This document shows positions 33,919 to 44,409 of a stretch of DNA of 64,000 nt, in pieces. The notes beneath the pieces were generated by a model. The model was not told the origin of the DNA. It made no database searches and saw only the letters and a list, made by a program, of their open reading frames with translations. This DNA is from Vulcanimicrobiota bacterium (GTDB lineage: Bacteria > Vulcanimicrobiota > Vulcanimicrobiia > Eremiobacterales > Eremiobacteraceae): assembly GCA_963812135.1 (NCBI GenBank), contig CAWETU010000001.1:2016001-2080000 (forward strand). The letters run 5' to 3'. The number at the start of each line of letters is the position of its first letter. The stretch's first letter is position 1. A program made the position numbers and the translations under genes.

Positions 33919-35019
33919 ATGAAGACCACGACGGCGGCGCTCGCGCAGCCGACGAGCGGCTCGATCCCGACGACGATGCGAGCGCTTGTCAAAGAGCGGC
34001 CCGGCCCCGGCATGTCGTTGCGCGAAGTCCCCGTGCCCTCGATCGGCCCGAGCGACGTGCTGATCCGCGTCCACAAGGCAGGCATCTGCGGCACCGATCA
34101 GCACATCTGGAACTGGGACCCCTGGGCGGCCGGGCGGGTCCATCCGCCGTGCATCATCGGTCACGAATTCATGGGCGTTGTGGCGGCGGCCGGCGATCTG
34201 GTCAAGACCGTTGCGGTCGGCGAGCGCGTGTCGGCCGAGGGGCATATCGCCGATGGAACGTGCTTCTTGTGCCGCACCGGCCAACCGCACATCTGCGTCG
34301 CCGTGAAGGTCATCGGCGTCGATCGCGACGGCTGCTTCGCTGATTACATCGCGATGCCGGAGAGCAATGTTTGGAAACTTGACCCATCCGTGCCGGACAC
34401 GTGGGCCGCGATCTTCGATCCCTTCGGCAACGCGGTGCACACGGTCAGCGAGGCGCACGTCAGCCTCAAGTCGGTGCTCATCACCGGTGCGGGTTCGATC
34501 GGTCTGATGGCGGTTGCTGTAGCGGCGGCGGCCGGCGCGTCACGGGTCATCGCAGTCGATCCCAACCCGCACAAACGCGCGTTGGCGAAACAGCTGGGCG
34601 CGCACGCGGTCTTCGATCCTTCCGATCGCGGCATGCGCCGTGCGATCCTCGATCTCACCAGCGACACCGGTCCTGACGTGTTCTTGGAGATGAGCGGTAG
34701 CGGGGCGGCGCTAGAATCCGGTCTTTCGATGTTGCGCCATGGCGGGCGCGCAGCCATCCTGGGCATCTCCGCGGGCAAGGTCACCCTCGACGTGTCGGAG
34801 CTCATCGTGCTCAAAGGCATCACCGTGCTCGGGATCTTTGGACGCAAGATCTGGGAGACATGGTATCAGATGCAGCAGCTGGTGAAAGACAAGCGCGTCG
34901 ATCTTGCGCCCGTCATCTCGCACGTGGTTCCATTCGAGCGATTTGAAGAATGCTTCACGACGTTGAAGCAGCACGACGCGGTGAAGATCGTCTTGGACAT
35001 CGCCGGGCCGGCGTCGTGA
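33919..35019 (+). CDS. tdh: L-threonine 3-dehydrogenase
   Basis: GICGTD, GHEF, SAEGH and DPFGNAVHT motifs; paired with kbl. Confidence 0.95.
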   Translation: MKTTTAALAQPTSGSIPTTMRALVKERPGPGMSLREVPVPSIGPSDVLIRVHKAGICGTDQHIWNWDPWAAGRVHPPCIIGHEFMGVVAAAGDLVKTVAVGERVSAEGHIADGTCFLCRTGQPHICVAVKVIGVDRDGCFADYIAMPESNVWKLDPSVPDTWAAIFDPFGNAVHTVSEAHVSLKSVLITGAGSIGLMAVAVAAAAGASRVIAVDPNPHKRALAKQLGAHAVFDPSDRGMRRAILDLTSDTGPDVFLEMSGSGAALESGLSMLRHGGRAAILGISAGKVTLDVSELIVLKGITVLGIFGRKIWETWYQMQQLVKDKRVDLAPVISHVVPFERFEECFTTLKQHDAVKIVLDIAGPAS

Positions 35020-36209
35020 ATCAGGTCTTCAACCGCAAACTCAAATCGGAACTTGACGCGCTGCGCGAGGCGGGTACGTTCAAGCATCTACGGCACATCA
35101 CGACGCCGATGGCGGCAACCGTGCACATGGCTGAGACGGGCGACGCCATCGTCTTGTCGAGCAACAACTACCTGGGGCTCGCCGACAATCCGCGAGTCGT
35201 GCAAGCCGGCATCGATGGGCTGAAGCATTACGGAGCCGGTACGGCGAGCGTGCGTTTCATCTGCGGCACGTTGGATATACACAAGCGTTTGGAAGAGCGG
35301 ATCGCGCGCTTTTTGGGGACCGCGAATTCGCTGACCTATGTCTCGTGCTGGGCCGCGAACACCGGTCTCATCCCGACGATCGCGGTCGAAGGGACCGCTA
35401 TCGTGTCGGACGAGCTCAACCATGCGTCCATCATCGATGGTTGCCGGATGGCGACGCAAGCGCAGCGCCTGCGCTACAAGCACTCCGACATGGCGGATCT
35501 CGAAGCCAAGCTCGCGGATCTCCCGCCGGATATGATCAAGTTCATCATCACGGACGGCGTCTTCTCGATGGAAGGCGACCTCGCCAAGCTCCCGCAGATC
35601 GTCGCCTTGGCGAAACGCTATAACGCGGTGACCATCGTGGACGACAGCCACGGCACCGGCGTAATGGGAAAGACCGGCCGCGGCACGATCGAGCACTTCG
35701 GGCTCACTGGGCAGATCGATATCATCACCGGCACGTTAGGCAAGGCTCTGGGCGGCGCAGCGGGCGGATTCGTGGCCGGCTCGGACGATCTGATCGAAAC
35801 GCTCATCCAAAAATCGCGGCCGCAACTGTTCTCCAACGCGCTGCCGGCGACCGTCGCGTGCAGCGCGCTTGCCGCGATCGAGGAGCTCGACAGCCAGCCC
35901 GAGATGCTCACGAAGCAGCGCGATAACATCGCGTATTTTCGCGCGGGTCTGGCTCGGCTCGGCTACAAGCCGATCGAAGGCGATAGCGCGATCATCCCCA
36001 TCATCGTCGGCGAGACCTCGTTCGCCATAAAAATGAGCGACATGCTCTTAAAGGAAGGCGTGTTCGTCACCGGTTTCGGCTTCCCGGTCGTGCCTGAAGG
36101 CACGGCGCGCATCCGCGTGCAGATGAGCGCGGCGCTCGAGCGCGAGCACCTCGATCGCGCGCTGGCGGCGTTCCAACGCGTCGGACGCGAACTAGGTCTG
36201 ATAAAGTAG
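35016..36209 (+). CDS. kbl: Glycine C-acetyltransferase
   Basis: NNYLGLA, SVRFICGT, DGVFSMEG, TLGKALGG and ARIRVQMSA motifs. Confidence 0.95.
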   Translation: MNQVFNRKLKSELDALREAGTFKHLRHITTPMAATVHMAETGDAIVLSSNNYLGLADNPRVVQAGIDGLKHYGAGTASVRFICGTLDIHKRLEERIARFLGTANSLTYVSCWAANTGLIPTIAVEGTAIVSDELNHASIIDGCRMATQAQRLRYKHSDMADLEAKLADLPPDMIKFIITDGVFSMEGDLAKLPQIVALAKRYNAVTIVDDSHGTGVMGKTGRGTIEHFGLTGQIDIITGTLGKALGGAAGGFVAGSDDLIETLIQKSRPQLFSNALPATVACSALAAIEELDSQPEMLTKQRDNIAYFRAGLARLGYKPIEGDSAIIPIIVGETSFAIKMSDMLLKEGVFVTGFGFPVVPEGTARIRVQMSAALEREHLDRALAAFQRVGRELGLIK

Positions 36210-36271
36210 GAACTATTCGGCCCGCCGAAGCGTTGCACGGGTAGCGTTCTTCGCTTTTTGGAGGATGGCTT

Positions 36272-37816
36272 ATGCGTTGGCATTCGATCGTCATCGCCTT
36301 TTCTCTCGCTCTTGCTTCGATTGCCGGCCCCAGCACGGGCTTGCCGGCAGCCACGTCCGCAACGACCACGATGAGCCGGCCCGTGCTTGCGGCAGCGCCT
36401 TCAGGCCTTCAGGTTTTCACGTCGCCGAGCGCTTGCGCCTCACACCCGGGCATGCCGAACTGCGCGAACGCGCTCTCGGGCGGTCTGGTGCTCTTCGCTT
36501 GGACCTGCGCCGGCTGCGATCCGAAATGGTCAGCGCTCTTCGTCGTCAACGGGCAAGCCTCGCCTGCAACCGATATCACGCTCGCTCCTTCAAAAGTGCT
36601 CGGTCTCACGGTCCGCAAGAATCAATTCAAGCCGGCAGACTGCGTCGCGATCCGGATCTACAATCCGGCGAACGCCGCGCAAAACGCGACGAGCAATGCG
36701 GTCTGCCTGACCTCAGCGCTCGCGGTGCATGCGATGACACCGGTTATGCCAGCTGGGCCAGGTACTTTAAAACCAGGAACGGTGCAGAGCAGCACGACGT
36801 CCGCGCACGCAGGCGCTGTCAACCCCGCGCTCACGATGGTCAATCCGAACTTTGTGCCGGCGCCGAGCGGCATGGGCATCACGCACGACACGCCGACCTG
36901 CACCGCGCACGGCGGGTTCGGCGGCGGCTTGGCGTGCACGGCAGGACTGCAGGCCGGGATGCTCGCGTTGGTCTGGAACTGCGCTAATTGCAAGGTCGAT
37001 GGTTATCGGCTCTACCGCGTAGACGGTGGCCGGCACGATTTGCAGCCGTCCGGTGGGGCGTACGCCAGCGACGCGACCGTCACACTCGCGCTGCTGAGTG
37101 CGCCCAGCGATGGCTTCAACGGCAAGTGCTACGCGGTGACCGCGTATAAGGGTGCAAACGAGTCAGCGCTCAGCAACTGGGGATGCGCCGGCGCCGGGAG
37201 CACGGCCACGACGACGACCCTGTCGGCGGCGCACGTGCTGCATTGGTACCATTCTCGCGAGAGCAGAACCGGGACGATCGGATGGACGCACTCGCCCTAC
37301 GACAATTACGATTCCAGCCTCTACGTCGGCTACGCTGATCATTACGGCGAGAACACGTTCGGCGATCTTTATTTCGACCAATTCAATCGCCTCGGCCTCA
37401 TGTACGACCTCTCGCCGCTGTCAGGCCACCCGATTAGCAAGGCGATCCTCAAGCTCTCCGCACTCTCGTCGTGGCATGACTTCGACAGCACGGACTATGT
37501 GAAGGTCGAGACGGCAAACCTGTCGTCGCAAAGCCCGGAGGCCTGCGTCACGATCGTCGACGTCGCCACCGACCACTGGTGGCTCAACAACGACATGAAC
37601 AGCACGGTCAGCTATCTCTCGCCCGGCGCATTCATGGGTCCGGATTTCAGCATCGACGTCACGAGCGAAGTGCAGAAATGGCTCGGGTTGGCAGCGCCGC
37701 CGAATTTCGGCTTCGTGCTGCGCGGTGACGATGAGAACGACCTGTGGCATGGCAACACCAACCACGTGTGTCTGACGCAGCTGCAATCCGCCTCGCTCGT
37801 GGTCACGTATTATTAG
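36272..37816 (+). CDS. Secreted Cys-rich multidomain hypothetical protein
   Basis: Signal peptide; two related Cys modules; C-terminal DVTSEVQKW...NFGFVL domain. Confidence 0.8.
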   Translation: MRWHSIVIAFSLALASIAGPSTGLPAATSATTTMSRPVLAAAPSGLQVFTSPSACASHPGMPNCANALSGGLVLFAWTCAGCDPKWSALFVVNGQASPATDITLAPSKVLGLTVRKNQFKPADCVAIRIYNPANAAQNATSNAVCLTSALAVHAMTPVMPAGPGTLKPGTVQSSTTSAHAGAVNPALTMVNPNFVPAPSGMGITHDTPTCTAHGGFGGGLACTAGLQAGMLALVWNCANCKVDGYRLYRVDGGRHDLQPSGGAYASDATVTLALLSAPSDGFNGKCYAVTAYKGANESALSNWGCAGAGSTATTTTLSAAHVLHWYHSRESRTGTIGWTHSPYDNYDSSLYVGYADHYGENTFGDLYFDQFNRLGLMYDLSPLSGHPISKAILKLSALSSWHDFDSTDYVKVETANLSSQSPEACVTIVDVATDHWWLNNDMNSTVSYLSPGAFMGPDFSIDVTSEVQKWLGLAAPPNFGFVLRGDDENDLWHGNTNHVCLTQLQSASLVVTYY

Positions 37817-39228
37817 AGATGCTCGTCTTGGAGCAGCCAGGTCATGGCCTGGACGCACGTGCCCCAGTTCATCCATAGCTGCGGCGGCCGGACGAGGATG
37901 GGCGTCTGTTGGATAGCGTTCTCCAGATTCGAGTCCGGTATGGGCGGCAGCGGATCTGCGTCGAATCCGCCAGCGCTTCGGAAGATCAATTCGGCGAACA
38001 TCGCGTCTGCCCAACCGAAGGACGTTCGTGTGAACCGGCTTGGGTCGTCCGGATCGAAACTTTCGTGGAATAGCGCCCCGATGCGCATCGCGGACGCGAC
38101 CTGGCGGATGGCGGTCATCGTCTCAGCATCTGATTCACCAGTGATGCCCTGCGCCGCGATACCGAGCGGCCACACGTAGCCGGTCGGCGTGTGCGGGCTA
38201 CCCAGACCCGCGGCGTACTTTCCGGTGTAGAAGTACGGGTTGCTCTTCGAGAGCGCGAAGCGGCGCGTGTTCGTGTAGAAAGGATCATCGGCGGCCGCGT
38301 ATCCGTAATACGTCGCGGAGATAAGATTTGGAAGGTTCGCGTCGTCCATGAACAGCGTGTGCCCGAGACCATCGACCTCATATGCATACATCCAGCCGAA
38401 CGTGACGTTGTACACCCTGCCGTAGCGCTTGATGCCATCGTCGACGTCGTTCGCGAGCTTCGCCGCCTGTGCTGCGAGGTTCGTGTCGCTGTACCCCTGC
38501 GTCGCGAGGTCGGCCGCTTCGCGCATCGCCACGACCGCGAACATGTTCTGCGGCACGTTGTACGAGTACCTGACCGGATCGTCTGACGGCCGGAAAGCGG
38601 ACCAGATCATCCCCGTGTAGGCGAAGTCGGCGCCTCGGCCACTCATAAGAAAGCGCGAGCGGTAGTGCGAGCACGTCGCGTGGTGCTGCTCGCACACAAG
38701 CGTCGCCACGCTGTGCTGCAGCGCCCAATGCAGCCGTGGCGTGAACATCGCGCGATCGCCGGTGCGTCGCCAGTATGTGTAGGCGAGCGTCACCGGATAT
38801 GCGAGCGAATCGACCTCCCACTTCTCCTCCCATATCTTGTAGCCGGCGGTGAACGCGTTGGCGTAAGGATCGGTCAGCACGTTCTTGGCATTGCGCTCGA
38901 TCACGCCTCTGATGAGCGGCCCCGTCTTCGGAAGCTGCGCGACGAATCGCACGTACGGCTTGGCCTGCGCGGAGGAATCGCGCAGCCACATCGCCGGGAT
39001 GTCGCCTGTCTGGACATAGATAGTGCCGTCGTTCTGCAAGAAAAAATCGGCACCCAGCGTTTGGAAGAGCACCGCAGCGGGGATTTGAACCGGATCCGGA
39101 TTGATCCGCGACTTCGGAATGGCGACGTATTGCAGGCTAGGACCGTGAAAGGCCAGCGCCATCGCCGGCGAGAGCGACACCGCCAGCGAGATCGCGATCG
39201 CGCGCGCCAGTCGGTGCAGCAAAGTCAC
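37813..39228 (-). CDS. Glycoside hydrolase family 125 (exo-alpha-1,6-mannosidase-like), exported; start uncertain
   Basis: TGDIPAMWLRDS, EKWEVDSL, FRPSDD, MDDANLP and GSPHT motifs. Confidence 0.92.
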   Translation of the reverse strand: MTLLHRLARAIAISLAVSLSPAMALAFHGPSLQYVAIPKSRINPDPVQIPAAVLFQTLGADFFLQNDGTIYVQTGDIPAMWLRDSSAQAKPYVRFVAQLPKTGPLIRGVIERNAKNVLTDPYANAFTAGYKIWEEKWEVDSLAYPVTLAYTYWRRTGDRAMFTPRLHWALQHSVATLVCEQHHATCSHYRSRFLMSGRGADFAYTGMIWSAFRPSDDPVRYSYNVPQNMFAVVAMREAADLATQGYSDTNLAAQAAKLANDVDDGIKRYGRVYNVTFGWMYAYEVDGLGHTLFMDDANLPNLISATYYGYAAADDPFYTNTRRFALSKSNPYFYTGKYAAGLGSPHTPTGYVWPLGIAAQGITGESDAETMTAIRQVASAMRIGALFHESFDPDDPSRFTRTSFGWADAMFAELIFRSAGGFDADPLPPIPDSNLENAIQQTPILVRPPQLWMNWGTCVQAMTWLLQDEHL

Positions 39229-39314
39229 GTCCCGCTGGTTCGCAAAAGCGCTCCGTATTCCCGCCCGCGATATGTCGGAGGTTATCAACCCGCTGCAAAA
39301 CGAAGCGGGAGCCA

Positions 39315-40526
39315 ATGGTCGCTCGTATCCTGCCCATCCTCGGCATCACGTTCATCGACATCTTCGGCTTCTCGATCCTCATCCCGATCATGCCGTATTT
39401 CGTCACCAGTTTCGGCGCGTCGGATCTGACGGTCGGCCTGTTGTTCTCGACGTTCGCCGCGTGCCAGTTCGTCGCCGGGCCGGTCTGGGGCAATGTCAGC
39501 GACCGCTATGGCCGAAAACGCGTGCTCATCATCAGCCAGATCGGCGCGATCATCGGCTGGACGATGCTCGCGTTCGCGAATACGCTCAATCTCGTGTTCA
39601 TCGCACGCATCATCGAAGGCACGTCGGGCGGCAACATCAGCGTGACGCAAGCATACGTCGCCGATCTCGTCGAGCCCAAGGACCGTGCGCGTGCGTTCGG
39701 TTATGTTGGCGCAGCCTTCAGCGTCGGCTTTGTGTTCGGGCCGTTGCTCGGAGGATTCTTGCTGCGGTACGGCTACGCTTGGCCCTTTCTGGCCGCCGCC
39801 GCGCTCCAACTACTCACGTTGTTGTTGACGATCTTCATGCTGCCCGAGTCGACGACCAAAGACGAGCGCTCGAAGGTCGCCACGCTCGCCGACATCTGGA
39901 CATCGTTGACGAATCGAGACTTGTCGCCGCTGCTCATCCAGCTTTGGGCGGTGTCGCTGGCGCTGTATGCGTGGTTTGCCGTGGTGACGCTCCTGCTCAA
40001 AGAGGCTGTCGGCTTTAGCGCGATCTCAAGCAGTTTCTTCTTCGCGGCCTTCGGCGTGATCAGCGTGCTTTTCCAAGTGTTGGCGGTCGGAGAGACCAAC
40101 GACCGGCTCGGGGCCCGCAACACGGCCAATCTCGGCATCGGCTGCTTGCTGCTCGGCTTCTTGCTCGTGCCGCTGGTCCACGGCGTGTGGACCGTGCTGC
40201 CGACGATGGTGCTCTTCGGATTCGGAATGGCGATCGCTCGGCCGAGCCTCACCGCGTTGTTGACCGATCGCACTCCTGAGAATCAGCGCGGCACGATCTT
40301 GGGCGTCAATTCAGCGTTGGACAACCTTTCAGGCATCCTCATGCCGCCACTGTCGACCGGCGTGCTCGGTCGATTCGGCCCAGCGTGGGCCGGCGCTCCG
40401 TCCGCGTTCTGGTCAGCGATCGCGTTGGCGCTCGGATTGAACGCCCGCCGCAAAGAGCGAATGACAGAGGTGAAGCTTGATCCGCGCACGGCCCCACTCG
40501 GGCCGACGCCTGAAACGGCCGAATAA
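39315..40526 (+). CDS. MFS transporter (TetA-like)
   Basis: GNVSDRYGRKR motif A; about 12 TM helices. Confidence 0.93.
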   Translation: MVARILPILGITFIDIFGFSILIPIMPYFVTSFGASDLTVGLLFSTFAACQFVAGPVWGNVSDRYGRKRVLIISQIGAIIGWTMLAFANTLNLVFIARIIEGTSGGNISVTQAYVADLVEPKDRARAFGYVGAAFSVGFVFGPLLGGFLLRYGYAWPFLAAAALQLLTLLLTIFMLPESTTKDERSKVATLADIWTSLTNRDLSPLLIQLWAVSLALYAWFAVVTLLLKEAVGFSAISSSFFFAAFGVISVLFQVLAVGETNDRLGARNTANLGIGCLLLGFLLVPLVHGVWTVLPTMVLFGFGMAIARPSLTALLTDRTPENQRGTILGVNSALDNLSGILMPPLSTGVLGRFGPAWAGAPSAFWSAIALALGLNARRKERMTEVKLDPRTAPLGPTPETAE

Positions 40527-40541
40527 ATATTCGGCCGCTAC
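40516..40541 (-). repeat. GTAG-type REP-like palindrome, copy 5 (supplies stops to both convergent genes)
   Basis: GTAGCGGCCGAATATTTATTCGGCCG; TAA of MFS at 40524-40526 and TAG of GNAT at 40540-40538. Confidence 0.85.
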
Positions 40542-40984
40542 GATATCTCGAGGCGCATACGAATGCCGGGGCCGAAACGCGTCGGCACGTGACCTGATCC
40601 CGTGAAGCCGACCTTCGTATAGAAATCCTCGGCGCGTGGGTTGGCGATAACGTCGATCGCGCGCACGCCTTCATGCCGAGCGAGCTCCATTGCGTCGAGC
40701 ACCAACGCCCGGCCGATGCCTTTACCCCAATGCGACGGCTCGACGAAAAGGCCATCGAGCTCCCACGCACCTGACGTTTGCGGTAAGGTCACCGAAAAGC
40801 CGACCGGCTGATTTTCGATCTCGGCCACTCGCACTCGGCGCTCTTCAAGCTGACTCCCGGGCAGCTCGATCGCATCGGGATGCGCTAAGAGATCCTCGCG
40901 CGTCTCTTCATAGACGAGTGAAGCGCGCCGCTGAAGGTCTTCCAGCGTTACGCGCTCCGAGACAATACCGTATCGGATATGCAC
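40538..40984 (-). CDS. GNAT acetyltransferase
   Basis: LFVEPSHWGKGIG and NPRAEDFYTKVGF motifs. Confidence 0.9.
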   Translation of the reverse strand: MHIRYGIVSERVTLEDLQRRASLVYEETREDLLAHPDAIELPGSQLEERRVRVAEIENQPVGFSVTLPQTSGAWELDGLFVEPSHWGKGIGRALVLDAMELARHEGVRAIDVIANPRAEDFYTKVGFTGSGHVPTRFGPGIRMRLEIS

Positions 40985-41000
40985 GCCCGATATTATAGCA

Positions 41001-41024
41001 CGGTCGAATAAATTCGACCGCTAC
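41001..41024 (-). repeat. GTAG-type REP-like palindrome, copy 6 (supplies TAG stop to the TPR gene)
   Basis: Exact consensus 24-mer. Confidence 0.9.
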
Positions 41025-42331
41025 ATTTGGCTTAGGAGGCGGCGGGCGTCGTCCGCGTACAGGGGATGGAACTGCGGATTAAGCTCGAGCGCGCGCGAGA
41101 GGCGGCGCTTTGCTTCCGCGCTGTCGCCGTTGCGCAGCGCGATGACGCCCGCATGGTACTGCAGGCGGGCATCTTGCGTGTCTAACGCGATGGCCCGGCG
41201 GGCATGAAGCTGTGCTTCGCGCCATTGCCCGGCCTGCGCAAGCGCCCAGGCTAGCGTGTCCTCGGCGAAGACGTCGTCGCGTACGATCACATCGCGGCGC
41301 GCGATCGCGATCGCGTCGGCGGTGCGGATGCCGTGCTCAGAATAGTAGACGGCGAGCGCCCGATCGTTGACGCGCTGCGCGTTGCCGATGCGCTCGATCG
41401 CGAGAATCGTGTCCTGCGTGACCTTTGCGCCTTGCAGATCGCCGAGCGCCCGCTGGGCATCGGCCTTGTAGCCGAGCGTCTCGGGCAACGGCAGGATGTC
41501 GGCAGCACGCGTGGCTGCGTCGAGCGCCTCGCGCCAGCGCTTTTGCCCGAGGTACATGCGCGCGAGCGCGTTGTACGCGCGCGGATACGCAGGGAAGATG
41601 GCCAACGCTTCGTTGAAACGCCGCTCTGCGGTGGAGACATCGCCGACCGCCCAAGCGAGCTCGCCGTCGCGGAAGTGGTACCAGGCGCGCGCCTCTGCAG
41701 GCGAGTCGATGATCGAGTCGACCGAGGCCATGGAGCGTTGGGTCAGACGGCGCGCCTCTGAGATATCGCCGCTCAATTCATCGTAGCGGGCCTGGGCGGT
41801 GTAGAGCGCGACATCGACCTCAGGGCCAGGGTGGGCCGAGCGAAGCAATCGCTCCGCGTCGTCGTAGCGCCCGAGTTCCGTGTCGATGCTCGCAACCTGT
41901 GCGATGGCGCCCGAGTTCCACGGCTCGATGGCGTGCGCGTCGAGCGCATAGGTCAGCGCGCTCTTGAAGCGATGCAGCGAGAGCAGCGCCGACGCGAGCG
42001 TCATGTCCGCGGTGACGTTGTTGCGCGGTTGATACACGAGCGAGCGGCGCGCGACGTTTTCCGCGCGTAGCAGATCGCCGATGTCGCCTGTTTCGCGAAA
42101 GCGCATGAGATATTGCGTTGCGAGCATGCGCGTGATCAGCTGGTCAGGATTCTTCTTGACGTCGCGTTCGAACACCGCGACGATCGCGTCGCGATGCAGA
42201 TAGTCGGCCATCACCGGCGCGGGTGACGGCGCTGCCGCCATCGCGCGGTTCTGGCTGAGGATGAACGCCGGCCACGCAGCGATGGCCACGAAGGCCACCG
42301 CTGCAAGGACGACGAGTGTTCGGACGTTCAC
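41021..42331 (-). CDS. Exported TPR protein (DUF4331-associated type)
   Basis: GTG start overlapping the upstream TAG, N-terminal TM, TPRs, DTLAWAL and ALELNPQF. Confidence 0.87.
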   Translation of the reverse strand: MNVRTLVVLAAVAFVAIAAWPAFILSQNRAMAAAPSPAPVMADYLHRDAIVAVFERDVKKNPDQLITRMLATQYLMRFRETGDIGDLLRAENVARRSLVYQPRNNVTADMTLASALLSLHRFKSALTYALDAHAIEPWNSGAIAQVASIDTELGRYDDAERLLRSAHPGPEVDVALYTAQARYDELSGDISEARRLTQRSMASVDSIIDSPAEARAWYHFRDGELAWAVGDVSTAERRFNEALAIFPAYPRAYNALARMYLGQKRWREALDAATRAADILPLPETLGYKADAQRALGDLQGAKVTQDTILAIERIGNAQRVNDRALAVYYSEHGIRTADAIAIARRDVIVRDDVFAEDTLAWALAQAGQWREAQLHARRAIALDTQDARLQYHAGVIALRNGDSAEAKRRLSRALELNPQFHPLYADDARRLLSQM

Positions 42332-43587
42332 TAGTTCGGGATGCCCACGTACGGGAACGAACCGAGATAGTGATGCCCATCGGGTCCAACGTTGTCGGTC
42401 GTCAAGCACTTGGATTCTTTCCCGTCGTCGGGGGTCAGCTTGAGCGCCGGCAACGTGCCGCCGAAGATCGCGCCGAGCGAGATGTCGATGACATCGTCAT
42501 TCAGTCCGCGGCCCCCGAACGTGCTGCCTGTCGCGCCACCGGTCTCGGTGCCGAGATAAGCGGCTTTGACGCCCATCTTCGAAAGGTCCACGAGGATCTC
42601 GTCGGGGATGAGCACGGCTTTGAGTGTGTTGGCAATCGCGTCCGACCGGCCGGCGACGGTCTTCGTGAAGCTCACGATGTCGTCAGGCAGATACGGATCG
42701 CTCGTCGGAGTGCTGCGGTTGGTCTTGTCGTGGCGTTCGAATGACTCGAACGCCTCTTTGACCGCGGGCCGGCCCAGGCGCTCGATCTGCGTGTAGGTGC
42801 CGCCGTACGGTGAGGCGGAGTTGCTGATCGATGTCGAAGCCCACACGTTGATCTTGCCGGGCGTGCCGCCGGCCGAAGCCAGCGCCGTGCGCGGCAACTC
42901 GATCACGAGCGACAGCACATTGAACTTGTTGGCTGACAAGAAGTCCTGCGATGGCGTCGTGTCGCAGCTGCTGCCCGCTGCAAATCCGCGGAAACCGGTA
43001 GCCGTCGCCGCCGGCACTGTCTTCCCATTGAGGTGGTAGCCGAAGTTGCGGTCTGGGATGATCGCGAAGAAGCGCGCGAGGTCGAAGAAGAACGGATCCT
43101 CACGCGGGCCTGCGAAGACGGTGACGCCGCCTTTGAGCTTCGAGACCGTGTTGTACTTGAACGTGCCCGATGAGCCGATCCACGTGTTCTCTGTGCCGAC
43201 CTGATTCGGTTTGCCCGGGCCGTGGAGCGTGATCATCTGCGAACCGTCCTTCGGCTCGCTCGCCGAGAACTGGATCACCAGATCCTCGACATGGTCGCCG
43301 GTGTTGTCGATGCGCAGCTGATACATCACGCCGGGGTCGAAGAACGTCGAGGGGCCTTGACCCGCAGGGATGAGCGGGTGCACGTCCATCGCGAGCACGA
43401 CGTTGTTCGTGTCGGCTGCGGGGAACACGTACACGTCGGTGATGTCCGCGCCGGGTCGCGCGAGCACTGCCGGCGAGTCGGCGTGGTCCGAGCTGACGCC
43501 CGGGCGTGCGCCGTAGAGCGAGAACGCCGTGCCGAGTCCGGCAAGCACGGCGACGGCGGCGACGATGCCGATGGCTTTCCGATTCAT
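42331..43587 (-). CDS. DUF4331 family exported protein (in frame with the upstream NiCoT gene as sequenced)
   Basis: GGAGG at 43599-43595, MNRKAIG signal peptide, SDHADSP, DITDVY, FAGPREDPFFFD, QIERLGRP and GRGLNDDVID motifs. Confidence 0.85.
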   Translation of the reverse strand: MNRKAIGIVAAVAVLAGLGTAFSLYGARPGVSSDHADSPAVLARPGADITDVYVFPAADTNNVVLAMDVHPLIPAGQGPSTFFDPGVMYQLRIDNTGDHVEDLVIQFSASEPKDGSQMITLHGPGKPNQVGTENTWIGSSGTFKYNTVSKLKGGVTVFAGPREDPFFFDLARFFAIIPDRNFGYHLNGKTVPAATATGFRGFAAGSSCDTTPSQDFLSANKFNVLSLVIELPRTALASAGGTPGKINVWASTSISNSASPYGGTYTQIERLGRPAVKEAFESFERHDKTNRSTPTSDPYLPDDIVSFTKTVAGRSDAIANTLKAVLIPDEILVDLSKMGVKAAYLGTETGGATGSTFGGRGLNDDVIDISLGAIFGGTLPALKLTPDDGKESKCLTTDNVGPDGHHYLGSFPYVGIPN

Positions 43588-44409
43588 CTTGAAACCTCCA
43601 GTAGAGCCGGCGCCTTCGGGATCTCGGGCCGACCAGGTGAACGTCCATGCGAAGACGAGTAGGAGCGCGCCGACGAGGACCGCGCTCACCGCGAGGTCCG
43701 GCACCGGCGATTCCCATCCCAGCGCCTGCGCCATTTCGTAGCTTGCTACGAACAGCGCGAGCGCCGTGACGGCAATGATCCACACGCGGGTCGCGCGCAC
43801 GAGTTCGAGCGGCTGGCGCGTGCACAGTTTGTAGACCAGCAGGCTGTCGAGCGTGTCGGTGACGGCCATGCCGAACGAGAATAGCGCGCCGATCAGCAGG
43901 CCAAGCAGGATGCCGCCGCCCGCGGTCAGCGCGAGCGCGTACGTCGCGACTTGACTCGACGTGTCAAAACCAAGGCCGAAGAGGAGTCCGATCGGGATCG
44001 CGGCCAGCGGACTGGTGGCGGCGCGCAACGATTTGGGGAGCAGCGCGTTCTTCAGACCGGCGATCGGGCCGGTGCGGTGCAGGATCAGCTGGCGGATGTT
44101 CAAGCCGGCGATCGCGAGCAGCGTCACGATGCTCACCCACGTGCCGATCGTCTCGAGCAGCGCGCCATGGAGCGCGAGCCGGCTGCCGAACAGGCCCGCG
44201 AGCGCCGCGATCGAGAGCACCATCACGGAGTGGCCGCCGGCGAACAGGGTTCCCACGAATCTGCTGAGCCGTTCTTTGGCGCCGAGGCTGTTGCGCGTCA
44301 GGTTATCGATGGCGGCGAGATGGTCGGGATCGGCGCCGTGGCGCAGGCCCAGCACGAAAACCGTGAACGCGATGACCCCGATCGACAACGGCGCTGCGTG
44401 GGGGATCAT
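43584..44409 (-). CDS. HoxN/HupN/NixA (NiCoT) high-affinity Ni/Co transporter
   Basis: GLRHGADPDHLAAID and LFGLGFDT signatures. Confidence 0.88.
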
